Below, piece after piece: positions 24,685 to 37,289 of a stretch of DNA of 64,000 bases. Position numbers and translations under genes: made by a program. How positions within the stretch are numbered: the stretch's first letter is position 1; every line of letters begins with the position of its first letter. Under the pieces are notes generated by a model. That model saw only the letters and a program-made list of their open reading frames with translations, did no database searches and was not told where the DNA came from. The DNA comes from Pelomyxa schiedti (Eukaryota; Protista; Evosea), in contig JAHLWZ010000814.1 in the NCBI GenBank assembly GCA_020536535.1, forward strand, positions 53,789 through 117,788, written 5' to 3'.

Positions 24685-25976
24685 TTACTCAGAAGACTGG
24701 GTTGTCTCAGTCTCGGCAGCGGGGGCATCAGCTGGGGCATCGGCTGGGGCCTCAGCGGCAGGGGCGGTGTCGACGAGACCGAGCTTGATTCTCTTGGCTG
24801 CGATGGCTTTTTTGCGTTGCTTGAGGCTGAGCTTGTGTGGGTGCCTGTACTTCTTGAGTTGCTCGCGTGTGTAGTTCTTGGCTGGTTTCTTGACAAACAA
24901 TGGGTTCTCGCGAATCTTCTTGTGTGCCTGGAGAAAGGGAAGTAAGTAAAAAGGGGTAGATGCAACATATTTAAGTATAGTAGAAAGAAAAGAAACCTCG
25001 GCGTAGATGTTCTCGATATCCTGGGGCTTGATGTTGGCAGCCTTGTACCTGCTGAAGAGCTTGGCGTACTTCTCGGGGCTCTTCTCAAGTAGGAGTTTCA
25101 TGTACGCGGCAACGTGTCCTCCGAAAATGTACTTGCGAAGAATCTTTGCGTCGAGTTGGCTCTTCTCCTCGTTGTAGCCGACAAATCGCTTATCACTGTG
25201 TGGTACATTGACGCCTCCATCGCACATACCCTACAGTAGAAAGAAAAACAAAAAGGTTAGGCGCCCATTGGATTCAATAGATAATTCGATTCGCATAAAC
25301 TAGGAAAAAGGGCACAACAGACCTTCATTGCGGAGAAGACGCGGCTTCCGGTTGTGGTCCTCGCAAGACCAACGTCGAGAAGGCACTTGAATGGATTCGG
25401 CCCCTTCTTGTTTGGTGCAACGTTGTAGTCGGCGCCGCTGGCCTCGAGGTTGCCCTGGTACCTCTTGTCCAGGTGGAACTTTGTCAGAATACGTCGGGCG
25501 AGCAACAGACCGGTGCAGTACGCGGCGGCGTAGTTGGTGAGGCCGAGCTTGACGCCGTAGAGTGGGAGCTCGTGGCTGTATGCGGCGGCGACGATGATGT
25601 CGCCCTCGATGGTGGAGTAGGCGACCTGGCAGACAACGTCTCGGTTGCTAAAGCGTACGACGAAGCGGTACTTGTGGGCGCCGTATTTGTTCTTGGCCTG
25701 GGCTACCAAGCGTTTTCGGGCATAGTAGTCGGTTTTACCCTCTGCAAAACAATACCAAAATTAAAAATTATGTACAACCTGCCAAACGCCAACAGCACCA
25801 CAAAGTAAAAGGGAAAAAAACATACCACGGCGACGGCGGTACTTGGTCTGGAAACGCTTGTGGTACGCCTTGTCCTTGACGACCTTGATGAAACCCTGCA
25901 CCAGCAGCCATTTAAAAAAACGAACGGCTTAGGCACGGAAACGGCGCGAAAACAAACGGGAGAAAATACAAACCAT
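24685..25976 (-). CDS. RPL5: 60S ribosomal protein L5 (uL18)
   Basis: [37 protein letters not shown]...[14 protein letters not shown]...[15 protein letters not shown]...GGHVAAYMK; intron directly after ATG. Confidence 0.97.
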
Positions 25977-26384
25977 GGTGCGATGAAGAAGTCGGTGTTG
26001 CGACGCACGAAGTGACGGAACGACTTTTCTAAATCAAAAGAATCGAAGAAACGAAGACAATTATTTTCTCCCAGATCTTTTTTGCAATTGAATGTCATAA
26101 GCAACTGAGCCTTATCGGAACTGAGCGTTTCTATTCTATTCGGGTTTAGACGAAGACCAAGGCGGGGCCTCAAGGGTGTCCTCCCACCGTACTACCAACG
26201 GTACGACGTTGTTAGCACCTGAGGTGAATTGCAATGCCTTTCCGTTTGAAAAGAGATCCTGGAAACTGCGACTTCAACACCATCTGGCTGAATAAAAAAA
26301 ACACCAGACCACCGATCCTGGGCAACGATAAGGAAAATGACACCGTTCCGGTCTGTTGATTATTTTTATTCAGCCAGCTTCAGA

Positions 26385-26493
26385 GCTGAACTGAGCGTGA
26401 ATTACAAAACTGCCAAGAGGGCAGACAACTACCCTGACTCCGTCACCCTCGACACTTCTTGCACGGTTTCGGGCAAGATATGTGGTAGTCGTC
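26385..26493 (-). repeat. Intergenic element copy 1 (~109 nt), candidate structured ncRNA
   Basis: About 90% identical to 29621-29727; outer stem GACGACUACC/GGUAGUUGUC, hairpins UCUUGC..GCAAGA and UGAC-GGA-GUCA. Strand inferred from a G-U wobble. Confidence 0.75.
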
Positions 26494-27192
26494 CTCGACC
26501 GAATAGTCTCTTGTCGTTCGTCTGCTCGTTGTCTTGTTCTTTAGTAACAATAAAAAAAAACGAAGAAAAGGAAGTGGGGTGTGAGGTGTGAATGGAGTAA
26601 AGAGCGTTCTTTTTTTGGATTGCCATTTTCGCATATGTGGGCACACCCACTATGACTAGACCGAGGACCCAACCTGGCAAGAGTCAAGAGATCTAACATC
26701 CAGAATAGAACGATAGCCGTGACGTCAGTTAGCACCTGCAACTCGAACGATAACCAGAGTAAATGAAGAATAATAGACACCCAAAGTTATCCCACTTTAT
26801 TCCTTAGAAGACCGTCGACGACTGCACATACCATCAGTGTCTTGGTTTTTTTTTGGTGCTCGGAGTCTCCAACAGAGCATCAATTCTCTGGATGCCAGTC
26901 CCTCCATTGCGGCCCTACGCCATGTCTCCAGTGTTGTCAACGTTATCAATACACCCTTCAGGGTACGGTCGGTAAGGCCTTTTCTACATATCTGGGAAAG
27001 CTTGACAAACAAGGTTGTATGTTCTTTCTCGCAAACAGGGAAACGGGTTGTTGGGTTGATCTGCCTGGGGCATTGATTATTCAAAGGTTCCAGGAACTTC
27101 TTTATTCGTATTTTCCCTGTGGGATCACCTTGGTTGCCAGTTTTTTGGTTTTCTTGAGCAAAAAAAATTTTACATTTTAAAAGCAAGGGTAA

Positions 27193-29543
27193 ATGAGAGG
27201 ACTAGTGTTGGGGTTGTGTTTTATTGTCATACAACTATGTGGAGTGGCTGAGGGGACCTCAGGACAGCTTATTGTAAACGCAGCTATGGGTGGCCAGACA
27301 TCAACACAAGGAGTGGGTTCAGCTTGGTGCATCACTGTTAACGCAACTGCAGAGTAAGTCTGACAAGAACAAGGGCTATCACATTAACCTGTAAATAGTA
27401 CCGGAAATTATTGGCCGATGGAGATACTGCGTAATGGGGTCCCTTCAGAGTGGTACTACTACTCCTCTGTTGGTTCTGAAGCCACTGCAAATCGTCTGAC
27501 CATTGATCTGCTCATGGAGAGGAACATCACTTCGATGTTACTGTTTTCTTCAGTGTATGGAGGCTACTATTCTATGCTCAACGTTGAAGCCTCAGCGATG
27601 AATGGGATAACAACTTATCCCGTTACACTGCTTCCTAGTATAGCCCAAAGGATGTCGCTTCTAGTTGCTAAGTTTTTACAGGATGGACGGCTGGGGGGCC
27701 ATGGGATTACCAGACTGCGATGGAAGTGTATGTAAACCGAAAAGTCAGGTACATTACAATTCTTGAGAAAAAACCTGGCTCGGGCTGGTGGTTCTATATG
27801 GGGCGAATTCACTTCTATGGTTTGGATAGCATTTTTCTGCAGTCTCGACTAACACGCTTGTAGAATGCGCAACTCCCTGTAACTATGAAACTATGTTAGA
27901 TCCGGGGACTTGTACTTGCATGACATGTAACATTTTGATGTTTACTCCCAAGCTCAGCTTTTCCAGTGCCACAATGCAACAGATATGTGCAGTCCACACA
28001 AGTTAATCAGTGGAGTCCATATATTCTATCCTCCCAAAGTGGCTTCACATCGACAGATACCTTAATGATAACATTTATCAAGCCAATTGTAAATGGTGAA
28101 GGACCCCTGTCTATTTTGACATCAGGAGGTAGAAACCAAGAATCAACAAACTTGTGGAAGTAACGTAGGCAGAAAAAAGCAGTGGCTGTGGGTGCCCCTC
28201 CAGTTATTGCACAATGACTCAGTCGGGATGTGACCTTCGATATACGTTCACCACAAATTGGCAGTTTTTCTTGAATAACTGTGGTCCTGAACTCCTTCCA
28301 TCCGACGCCTCTCACCTGTACTACAAGACCACTTTTAATTGTATGTGTAGAAGTCAGTTTGGTTATCATTTCCTGAAATTCTCCCAGACAACTTTGAAAC
28401 GCGTATTGCCAATTCTTCTGTTATTCAAGCCACCAGAGAATCAACTCCAATATTTGTGGGTGAATTCTATGTTGTAGAACCCTCCTGACAATAAGTTATA
28501 GATTTCTATACCCAAGGTGATTGAATTGACTTCCGTGCAAATCAACGTTACAGATCCATATCTCCCTGTAGAGGTTAATGCTTATGTATGTGGACCATGG
28601 CTCTTTCTTTGGTTTATCTTAATGATATAAGGTTCAAGTGAAGGAGATAGTCACAAGGCAACTCCGCCTCGAGTTTTATACAACTACACTGAGCCCATAT
28701 GATCTCAACATTACAGGGATAACTCAAAATGCAATGTTTTTAAACCAGACTTTGACAGTAAAAAGCCTTTCTTCAACGAGGAGTGTTAATATGAACGTAG
28801 CACAAAAGTACCGTGTGCACCCTCACGACGCCGACTTGTCAGCAAAACTGGCTGGTGCAGAGTTTCCTTGCTTCAGGTTAGCCATTCCAACAGACTGGAG
28901 ATTTTTAACCTATTTCATTCAAGAGGTTTGTATTTTCGAAGGACAGCCACTATTTCTTCCATTCCAGCTTCTCTGTCTCTCTGGTGCATCTTGTTCCTTT
29001 ATGGTTAATGGAGTGGAAAAGCGCAGTGGAACATTGAGCATTCCGTTGTGGTCTCCTGATCTCTGTGGATCTGTGCAGGTATGATTACAAGAAAGGCTGT
29101 AGTAAATCGAACGCACTTGTTTCCAGGTCAATGCATCCCTTACTGGAACAATGAACATTTACAGTGACAGCTCATGTGCAACTCCCAGCACCTCTTTCAA
29201 AGCTGTTCCTCCATCCTTTGGATATCTCCTGGTACATTCTTACCCGGCATAGCCTTTCACTGAAGTGCACAATAGATTAGCTTGGCCTCAACGATTTCCA
29301 TTGATTCGATCACAATCAAGAACTTTGGCGCGATAATTAACGGGGTCCCCATTGTTATTGTGTGAGTGTGATCACTGATGAGTTGAACCTCAATTTGACA
29401 AGGAGCAAATTAGGTTCAATGGAGTCAACACAGCAGTCGCCACACAAGCCAAGTTCAGTTCCACGAACCCATGGAATGCCGCAAAGTCAAAAATGCAGAT
29501 CGCCCTAGAGTTCAACATCAACTGGCTCACTCTTGGTATCTAA
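27193..29543 (+). CDS. Hypothetical secreted multi-exon protein (~600 aa)
   Basis: Signal peptide MRGLVLGLCFIVIQLCGVAEG; open exons joined by GT-AG introns; last exon EQIRFNGVN...FNINWLTLGI, TAA 29541-29543. No family recognised. Confidence 0.65.
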
Positions 29544-29620
29544 ATTTTCCCTTTCCCGCGCGCCTGCATCATCACTCAAAACGTGCAGAGATGGGGCAGA
29601 TTAAAGAGCTGAAATTCTAT

Positions 29621-29727
29621 GCCGAACTGAGCGTGAATTACAAAACGGCCAAGAGGACAGACGACTACCCTGACTCCGTCACCCTCGAAACTTCTTGCAC
29701 GGTTTCTGGGCAAGACATGTTGTCGTC
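29621..29727 (-). repeat. Intergenic element copy 2 (~107 nt), candidate structured ncRNA
   Basis: Paralog of 26385-26493 with the same stems retained despite substitutions (GACGACAAC/GUAGUCGUC). Confidence 0.75.
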
Positions 29728-30299
29728 AGCATCATCTCTTGTCGTTCATCTCCCCGTGTTCATTGTCATGTTCTTTGCGTGTTTGTTCCTGTAAAGGAAA
29801 AGTCTTTACTTGAAGGGAAAAAAAAAACAAAGGCTGAGGGGGGGAGAACCAGGGGATGGTGAATGGAGTAGCGTGGGGTTTTTGCCTCGCCGGGGACGCA
29901 TGCCATGCGACCCGGGAGGCTGGCCGGTTTCTCTTTTCAGGGGAACCCGGCCAATATTGCATGCAGTTGCTCTGATGAGGATATTATTCGAAGTACCACA
30001 CTCACATGGGAGCACCATTGCTCCCCCTCATCCTCCTCTCAGCCCGAATTTGAAACAGTATAGGTCCTTTTTGACCCTTTTTTTTCATCCAACCAGCATT
30101 ATGGGTTTTGTTTTGGCTTGTTGTACTCTACGGTGACGGCTGTTACTTTCAGGACCCGCCGTGTTGGCTATAGTCGTTTGTTTCCTTGTGTGAGTTATTG
30201 GTTCTTTGTGTGGGAGAATACCTTCTACACCGCCTGGGAAGTATTGGCAGAGTGAGTCCTTCCAGAGTTTTTCTTTGACTGCTCGGTTGTTTCAAAGCT

Positions 30300-31090
30300 A
30301 CAAGTTGCCCTGACGCGCATTTCAGAGGCTTGATGGCAATCCATTCCTTCACGGCTCCACAGGTGAACTCAATGTGCCTGGGTGACGAAATCGCCAGTTC
30401 CATGAACCGCTCCTCGACAATTGTGGTGGTTATGATGACTAAGTCCCAATCGTGTGAGCAGGAGTTCCCAATCGAAGACCTTGCTGGAAGGAGTGGTAGC
30501 TTTCCCCTTCACCCCCAGGCCATATCTCTGAAAGGAGTGATTCTTCAGGACGAAACTTTGCTATACCGCCCCACGTGCATATATCAAGTGAACAGAACTT
30601 GCCAGCCTATGGTTTACCTTGTTACCTCACAATCGCCATCCAATAGAGCACTATTCCCACAAGCCCGACCCCTGGCCGGGCTCTCTCGCCCCAAATCCGC
30701 AAAATCGGAGCTTGAGCAGCAAGAAGCGGCCCCACCAGGCCACCACAATCCCCGTGCCTCTCCATCCCCCCGGCGCCGTGCCCGCCGCAACCACCACCAC
30801 TCCCGCTCCCACTCCCTCTTGGCCACCTCGTCTGCTGCCGGCGGCTGCCCAGCACCCAGTACTTCTACGTCTACTTGAACTGCTTGAGCGAGTCCACCCT
30901 GAGGGCCTCCCTGCAGGCCAAGGCGACGAGCGGGAAGAGTGCCTCGGCGACCCCGAGGAACCGCACCACGTGGCGCCGCTCTACGGGCTGCTTCTTGTGC
31001 CTCGTGCTCCGACAGAGAGTACTGGTTTTGTTGCTATTTACTGGAATTTATGGTGTATGGTGCGTGTCAAGTGCGTGCAATTTCTAGGTA
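30300..31090 (+). CDS. Probable hypothetical protein, exon structure unresolved
   Basis: Long open frames (30330-30878, 30619-31476) and GC3-rich codons near 30830-30990; no motif and no consistent model found. Confidence 0.3.
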
Positions 31091-31124
31091 TGTTGTGGGT
31101 TGCAGTCCAGATTCATGGGACACT

Positions 31125-32534
31125 TCAGTGCAAAAGTTCCAGTAGAGTTAGCATAGCCCATGAAGTGAGGGTTCTTGCGGGGCTCTTCGCACCTGTTCTG
31201 GGAAACGTAGCCAGGCACAGAGAAAAAATCCTCTGCTTGTTCTCTCTGTGCCGCTCATCCAGAAGACTCTGTAGTCGTGAATTCGCCGGCCTGGGGGGTA
31301 AAAGTACGAGGTCAGGGTGCAGCGCCACGCAACGAGCTGAGTTTTCGAATTGTGGGAATCTGCAAAGGTATTCCAGGAAGTACTGGTTATGCCAAGGACT
31401 TGGTAGGAAAAGGTTAGGGTCGCAAAGCGGTGAGCATACTATAGCGTGTATTGCATTCACTATGTTTGACGTGTAATATCCCTCCACTCTGTCATCTAGA
31501 ATTTTCTGGATGCAGTCGCTTGCAAGAGATACAGCCGACTTAGTTCCTGGTTCTTTAAGGGCCAGTAGTAGCTCCACGGAAATGCAGCTGGATGCTGATA
31601 TGGCGGATTGCATATTCTTACTAACACAATCTACAAGGATGTCTCTTGCAAGCTGCAGTAGTTCCGGATCCGGGATGACTGGGTAGTTACTTTCACTACC
31701 ATCAGTTGCAATACGGGTACCTATACTGGTACCAGGTGAAGTGGCAGCAGCAAGAGAAGCAGAAGACGGGGTTGTAGAAGTAGTGATAGACGTGGCAGTA
31801 GAATTAGAAGAAGTTGTAGCTGGAGAAGCAGTGATAGTGGGGGTAATGGTGCATAATGTGCGCGCCGCGGGATAGTCCCGGATTGTAGTTCTTCGAGTGA
31901 GAGATCTAACAAAGAAGCACACACTATAGTACGCACGATACTGGATCAATCCACGCAGTATGTTGGTACAAGCATCCCCGCTAAGCCTTGATAGGTTGAC
32001 CCTCTGGCAAATCTCTGCAGCAAAGGGGTCCCCCAAGCCCTTGTATGACATTGACAGCTGAGCCAGCCTCAAAACTCTATCCGTTGGGTCAAATTTAGGA
32101 TGCCTCACTATCTGCCTAGCAGCTATAGTATGAGAGCCCTCCACCAATGAGAATTCCAGGGCACACACCCTTCCACCAACGTTCTTGAGCACATAGTCCC
32201 TTGAATTAGGGTCAAAGCGTTCATCAGCAGCAATCACAGTTGCTGCACTCATTGACCAGTGATTTTTCTGCGCTGCTGCAAAGTACTGAGGAAGTCTCCG
32301 TGCATACAAAGACTCACCGTCCGTCATCCTCCTGATGCTAACAGTCTCTCCCGTGCTAAACTGCCTTTCAAGGTTTGTCTCCATAAAAAAAATGAATTCA
32401 TTGATCAGCTGTTGGTCTGTTGCTCCTGCCATTCTACTTGACAACGCGGCTGACGTTGCCATTGCATTCTGCAACATTACCAGATTTTCATAATATTTAG
32501 TTGGTTCTGGAATAAGACCCAGGGGGCGTTGCAT
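31125..32534 (-). CDS. Single-exon hypothetical protein (~469 aa)
   Basis: 3' part of ORF 31125-32945 starting at MQRPLGLIPEP; the upstream part of that ORF belongs to the LRR gene and an A-rich spacer. Confidence 0.65.
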   Translation of the reverse strand: MQRPLGLIPEPTKYYENLVMLQNAMATSAALSSRMAGATDQQLINEFIFFMETNLERQFSTGETVSIRRMTDGESLYARRLPQYFAAAQKNHWSMSAATVIAADERFDPNSRDYVLKNVGGRVCALEFSLVEGSHTIAARQIVRHPKFDPTDRVLRLAQLSMSYKGLGDPFAAEICQRVNLSRLSGDACTNILRGLIQYRAYYSVCFFVRSLTRRTTIRDYPAARTLCTITPTITASPATTSSNSTATSITTSTTPSSASLAAATSPGTSIGTRIATDGSESNYPVIPDPELLQLARDILVDCVSKNMQSAISASSCISVELLLALKEPGTKSAVSLASDCIQKILDDRVEGYYTSNIVNAIHAIVCSPLCDPNLFLPSPWHNQYFLEYLCRFPQFENSARCVALHPDLVLLPPRPANSRLQSLLDERHRENKQRIFSLCLATFPRTGAKSPARTLTSWAMLTLLELLH

Positions 32535-32691
32535 GTTGTGGCTTACGGTTTTATGGGAGTGTGATGAAAGATGCGAAAATTGGTGATGAAAAACTGTGGG
32601 CCAAAGTGTTTTTCGTTTTCGTTGTTTTGTGTTGATACTACACTTGATTTGTTTGGTGTTTCGTTTGCTGGTGGAACGTTCTTCATGAATT

Positions 32692-33765
32692 TCAAATGTA
32701 TCTTGCGGGGCGAGTCCTGCCGCTGTCCTGGTTGTAAAGAGTGAGTAGAGTGTGGGAGTGTATTGTTGTCGGCTGGGATTGCATACCACCCAGTAAATAG
32801 AGTTGTACTCCTCACCGTGAAGGCAGTCGATGAGCTGCTTTTGTCCAAGTCTGGCGGCCTTGTCGAGAACTTCATGTACCGGGTTGAGGGAGACATCCAG
32901 AGAGGTTAAGGGGCAGTCCTGGAGGTCTGAATCATGGGATATCATAATGTTAATATAATGTATCCTGCTGATAACGACACACCTGCGGGTAGGTACTTTA
33001 TCTGGTTGGTGTTGACGTTGATGGTTTTAAGTTTCTTGCAGTTGCACAATTCTGGAGGAAGATCAGTGAGGTGGTTGTTGCTGGCGCCAAGCTCCTCCAG
33101 TTGTCCACACCTTCCGATATCAGGAGGAATGCTAGTGAGGTTATTCCAACTCACATGAAACTCGATGACAGTGTTTAGAAGGCCTATCTGAGTAGGCAGT
33201 TCCGTAAGTCTAAGGAACTATTAGACATTATTGGTGTTTATGGAAGGAATACTTGTTATATGAAAGATCTAATCGTCTAAGTCTGCTGAAGTTTCCAAAT
33301 CCTCGTGGAAGAGAGACCAAGTTATTGCAACTGAGGTTTAGTTCCTCCAAGGCCTACTTGAAGTTTAGTAAAAGCAAAATTAAAAGTGACCTACTCCAAG
33401 ATTGGCTATTTCCGCTGGAATTTCATTAAGTTTATTGTGATACAAATTAAGTGTCACCAAATTGGCAAGAGAGCCTGTAGTCAAAACTCAGTAAAAGCTA
33501 ACCATACAAGAAGCGGACCTATCTCAGGAGGCAATGAAACAAGGGAATTGAAACTCAAATTGAGGACCCTCAAAGACTTTACTATATTTTGTGGAAATTA
33601 GTACAAAACGAATCCCCCTAAATACCAATGGGAAAAAAAAAAAGTTAAGAACACACCCAGGCCAATTTCTGGAGGCAGAACATCAATTCCTCTATCGCGC
33701 AGTTGCAAATCGCGTGTCCCTTGTGCCGCCGCTTTTTCAAATTTCTTCGCTAGTCCTCCACCCAT
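32692..33765 (-). CDS. RSU1: Leucine-rich repeat protein, Ras suppressor RSU1-like
   Basis: MGGGLAKKFEKAAAQGTRDLQLRDRGIDVLPPEIG; repeats LNLSFNSLVSLPPEIG, LSCNNLVSLPRGFG, VSWNNLTSIPPDIG; cap LDVSLNPVHEVLDKAARLG...EEYNSIYW. Confidence 0.75.
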
Positions 33766-33815
33766 AATTGTCGTTGTTACGCAAACACCGCACGAGGCGC
33801 GTTATGTGTTGTTCT

Positions 33816-36800
33816 TTAATTTTTTTGTGCTTTTGATGACCCGGAAAATATTTTTTTGATTCCGGTAAAAAGGCGTTGGGTGGCTTTGAATAAGCCTAGC
33901 TCCTTTTTTGTGATGCGAGTATGTTGTTTAGTGTTGCTTGGTAGGCCATGGAATAAAACAGGTTGAGTTCCTTGACGAAACTGTTGCCGGTCTAAGTTCT
34001 GTGAGGCGAAAAAGTGGCAAATGTGGTGAAGATAGAACCTTGATTGCATCTAATCGCTGGAATAGTTGAACTGTGGCACAGCGAACGGGCTCGGACTGGT
34101 GGAATAAGCCTACGGCAACAGGTGACAGGCCACCTTCGGACTCGGGTAGATATGAGAGAAACTGGTGCCATTAGGTTTGAGTTTACTCGTTACCAACGAA
34201 GAAATACCTCTTCTAATTGTTCCTCAGTTTTGATGTTATCCAGAAAACATTGGTACATTGCTTCAATTTCATGGCAGCTTAAATGGTTATTAAGGCCAAA
34301 AAGGATGTCTTTACCTAATGTTTTTGCATACACGCAATTTCCGCAAATTTTTCTGAATTTCATTGGATGCCGGAAGTGATTTTCCCATGGGTGAATCTTT
34401 TTCCTTTCTATAGAGTTGGAAGGCTGCTGATGACCGACAAGGAGCCGCCCGTAGTTCGTTCATTTTTTCTGTACGAATGCGGACGTCTTCTGTGGGGTAG
34501 ACTTCATCTCCATATGTGACATCAACAAGATGTTGTGTGTACGTATGAAAAAGCGAACGAATTTTATCCGCACTGTAGTGTGCATTCATAAAGTATTCTA
34601 CCTGAAAAATCAGAAATCAGAGGATCTTTACACAGAGATGAAGCTCACATCGTCAAAGAAGTCATTGTCTTCTTCAGCATAAGTTTCGCTTGGAAATTGT
34701 CCCAGCAGTTTAGGATTTACTGTTACTTTTCCCGTCTGAATATTGCACAATACATCCCACCACTCAGCATGTTGTTCAAACATAGGGTTGGCAACTCCCG
34801 TTATGTATCCCGGTCTGTGGATTGTTAAAAAAAGACAGAAAGTCATAGAGAAGTACATAGACATAAAGTCAAGGTAGCACAGATTTGTATAAGGGAAACA
34901 CCTATTAACAACCCCTTTGAGAGGCGGGCACACCTTTGGAAAATATCATCAATGAGAAAGCTCCCTGTTGGGAAAAAGGAGGGAGGAAGAAACCATTGCC
35001 ACAGTTGCTAACACAAAGAGGCAGATAGTTTCAGTTGTGCACCCTTCCAGAGCACTAGCTTCTTCCAGATTTCCACCAGTGAAACCGAGAAATATAATTC
35101 TCTTTTCTTGTAGTACTGCGTTGTATATAATCATAACCTGTCTGCCAAACTTCTTTAGTAGCATAGTGATACTAGGCTGTTTTGTTTAGACAGATACAAT
35201 TGCACATTTATATGCATACATCGCCGACTTCATCAGGGAAAGTTGTCAGTGGGATATAAATTGGTTGTTTCTTGGTGATTTTGGCTCCAGTTGTAGGGTC
35301 AACTGCGACTGTCAATGTAACTGAAGCAGGAAATTTCTTTTTCGTCTCATCTGCAGCACTTCTTAGAACTCTGCGCTGTTGTTCAATTATTGAACAATCA
35401 GTATCCAAGTATCACTTATAAAAAATACCTTGTGATCAGGAAGTATGGGCATGGCAGAAAGATCAATTGCATTCAAGGAGTGATAGAGCTCAGTCAGGAC
35501 AGTCATATCACGAGTAGTAAAGTATCTATCAAGAGCAAGAAGGATGAAAGGCTAAAATTGAAAATTAATAAATTATTACTCCTCTCATTAGGAGAGTCAC
35601 CCTAAAAAGCTCTATATAGTGGTGCTTTGAACATATTGCAAGTGCTTTCACAATAGAGCCTCTTGTGACTGTGGAATCCTTTTTGTTTGTCACTCTATTA
35701 AGACAGTAGAGTAATTGCCCTGGAGGAAGTGGGGGTGGTGGTGGAGGGTCATCTGGCGCATCTGAAGAGGGGTGAAGATGGTCTTTATGTATGGAAGCAT
35801 ACCAATTATCGATTGCAGGTGAGTGAGAAAAGTGGTTGCATCTTCGGGATTCGAAAAACGAAGACCTGAAGAAGTAAATGTACATTTCCATAAGAAAAGG
35901 AAGTCACCAATGGCAGTTTCCTTTTCATAGTCCGGAATTCCAATGAAGACATTGTCCATTTTGGAGTACTCCATGTGCGGTCGTTTCTTTCTGTATGCAT
36001 TTAACCTCATCCTGTATTGAAGGGAAGAAACATTTCATCAACTTGTTTTCCAGTGTCATCTTTCACAATGATTGGAATGGACAAGTTAACGCGGTACTTT
36101 TCGCCAGTTAATCGCCATCCTACAGGATTTTGTGGTATGAACAAAAAGAAAAAAAAGGTTAGGTGAATAAATACCTTCGTTTTGCTTAGCTTTATCGAAC
36201 CGGAAAAATTGTGCATCTAAGGTTTTTCTTGTATAAAACTTAGCAATATTCTAATGTTCTGCAGCATACGACGATTTTTTAACAGTCTTTGTGGAAACTT
36301 GAATGGAATCTCTTAAATTCGCTTTGTCCTTCCAGTAATTTGAGGGGTAATATATAAACACAAAGCTTACGGCATCAGGTCTATTCAAAAAAAATACAGT
36401 CCAATCATCAGATCTTTTATGAACGCCGTCTGGTAACATAAATTCGGCAAGGACTCTAGGATTGGTGAACTCAAAGAAGAACAGTGTTGTGACTACGATT
36501 CGTCAATTCCAGTAGTATACGGGTACTGCAGTTTTACACCACTCCCAGTAAGAATATCAAATTCCGCCAACAACAAGAACTGCACATGGCCACCACTTGC
36601 ACTGGAAACTGGCGTAGTTGTAGTTGGTGTTGTAGCATAACTTGTTGTAGTAGAAGAGACAGAAGTTGTAGAGGCCACAACAGAGGGAACAGAAACTGTA
36701 GGTTCAGCCACAGAAGTGATGCCAGTGATCTCCGGTGTAGTAGTGGTAGGAACCACTGGTGCTTCATACGAGGAGTACGGGTCGTCGTACCCGTAAGAAT

Positions 36801-37110
36801 CGTAGCCGTCGCCCTCAGGAACACCATAGCTCTCCTCCACCGGCGGAGGCGGCGGCGGAGGCGACGGGGACCCAGGCTGTATCTGAGGAGGTGAAGGAGG
36901 CGAAGGAGTCGCCGAATGTGTCCCGATCAGGTGCACCTGGACGCCGGTTGGTGGCGGTTTTGCGTGCAACGGGGGCGTCAGAGGGGGTGTTGTGTGGGAC
37001 GTTGTACTAGCAGTAGTAGGTGGTGCTGCCGGTGGTGCCGTTGTTTGGGGACCAGATCTTGGTGGTATGGGTGGTAGCTGTTTGCCGTGCTGTGCGTGGT
37101 GGTGCGACAT
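33816..37110 (-). CDS. Afi1/MesA-like polarity protein (Afi1 N-terminal longin/DENN-like domain, PH/WH1-like insert, SPA domain)
   Basis: HVQFLLLAEFDILTGSGVKLQYP; LAEFMLPDGVHKRSDDWTVFFL; LLYCLNRVTNKKDSTVTRGSIVKALAICS; IIYNAVLQEKRIIFLG; GYITGVANPMFEQHAEWWDVLCNI. Confidence 0.8.
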
Positions 37111-37289
37111 GTCGTTTCGTGAGAATTGTTTTGATTTTCTCGTTTTTAGGGAAAAAAAAAGGCGAGCAAGATCTGATGCCCGCCGGGGACTGATGCCAAT
37201 GCGATACAAGAAGAGCAAAAAAAAAAATAGTTTTTTCCCTCGAAGGGTTTTGCCATTGGCGATAAATATGTCAGTTTATTTTGTCTAGT

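Noticed and set aside
26385-26493. U3 box B-like CTGAGCGTGAA, hammerhead-like GAAAC, and H/ACA-like boxes in the duplicated element
   Set aside because: No U3 box A or C, no CUGAnGA core conserved in both copies, and the hairpin geometry does not fit H/ACA; left unassigned.
26760-27190. Short ORFs upstream of the secreted protein gene
   Set aside because: No recognisable motif, start or consistent exon chain on either strand.
31125-32945. 606-aa ORF as one protein
   Set aside because: It runs through the last RSU1-like exons, an intron and an A-rich spacer by chance; better explained as two genes (ends 32692, starts 32534).
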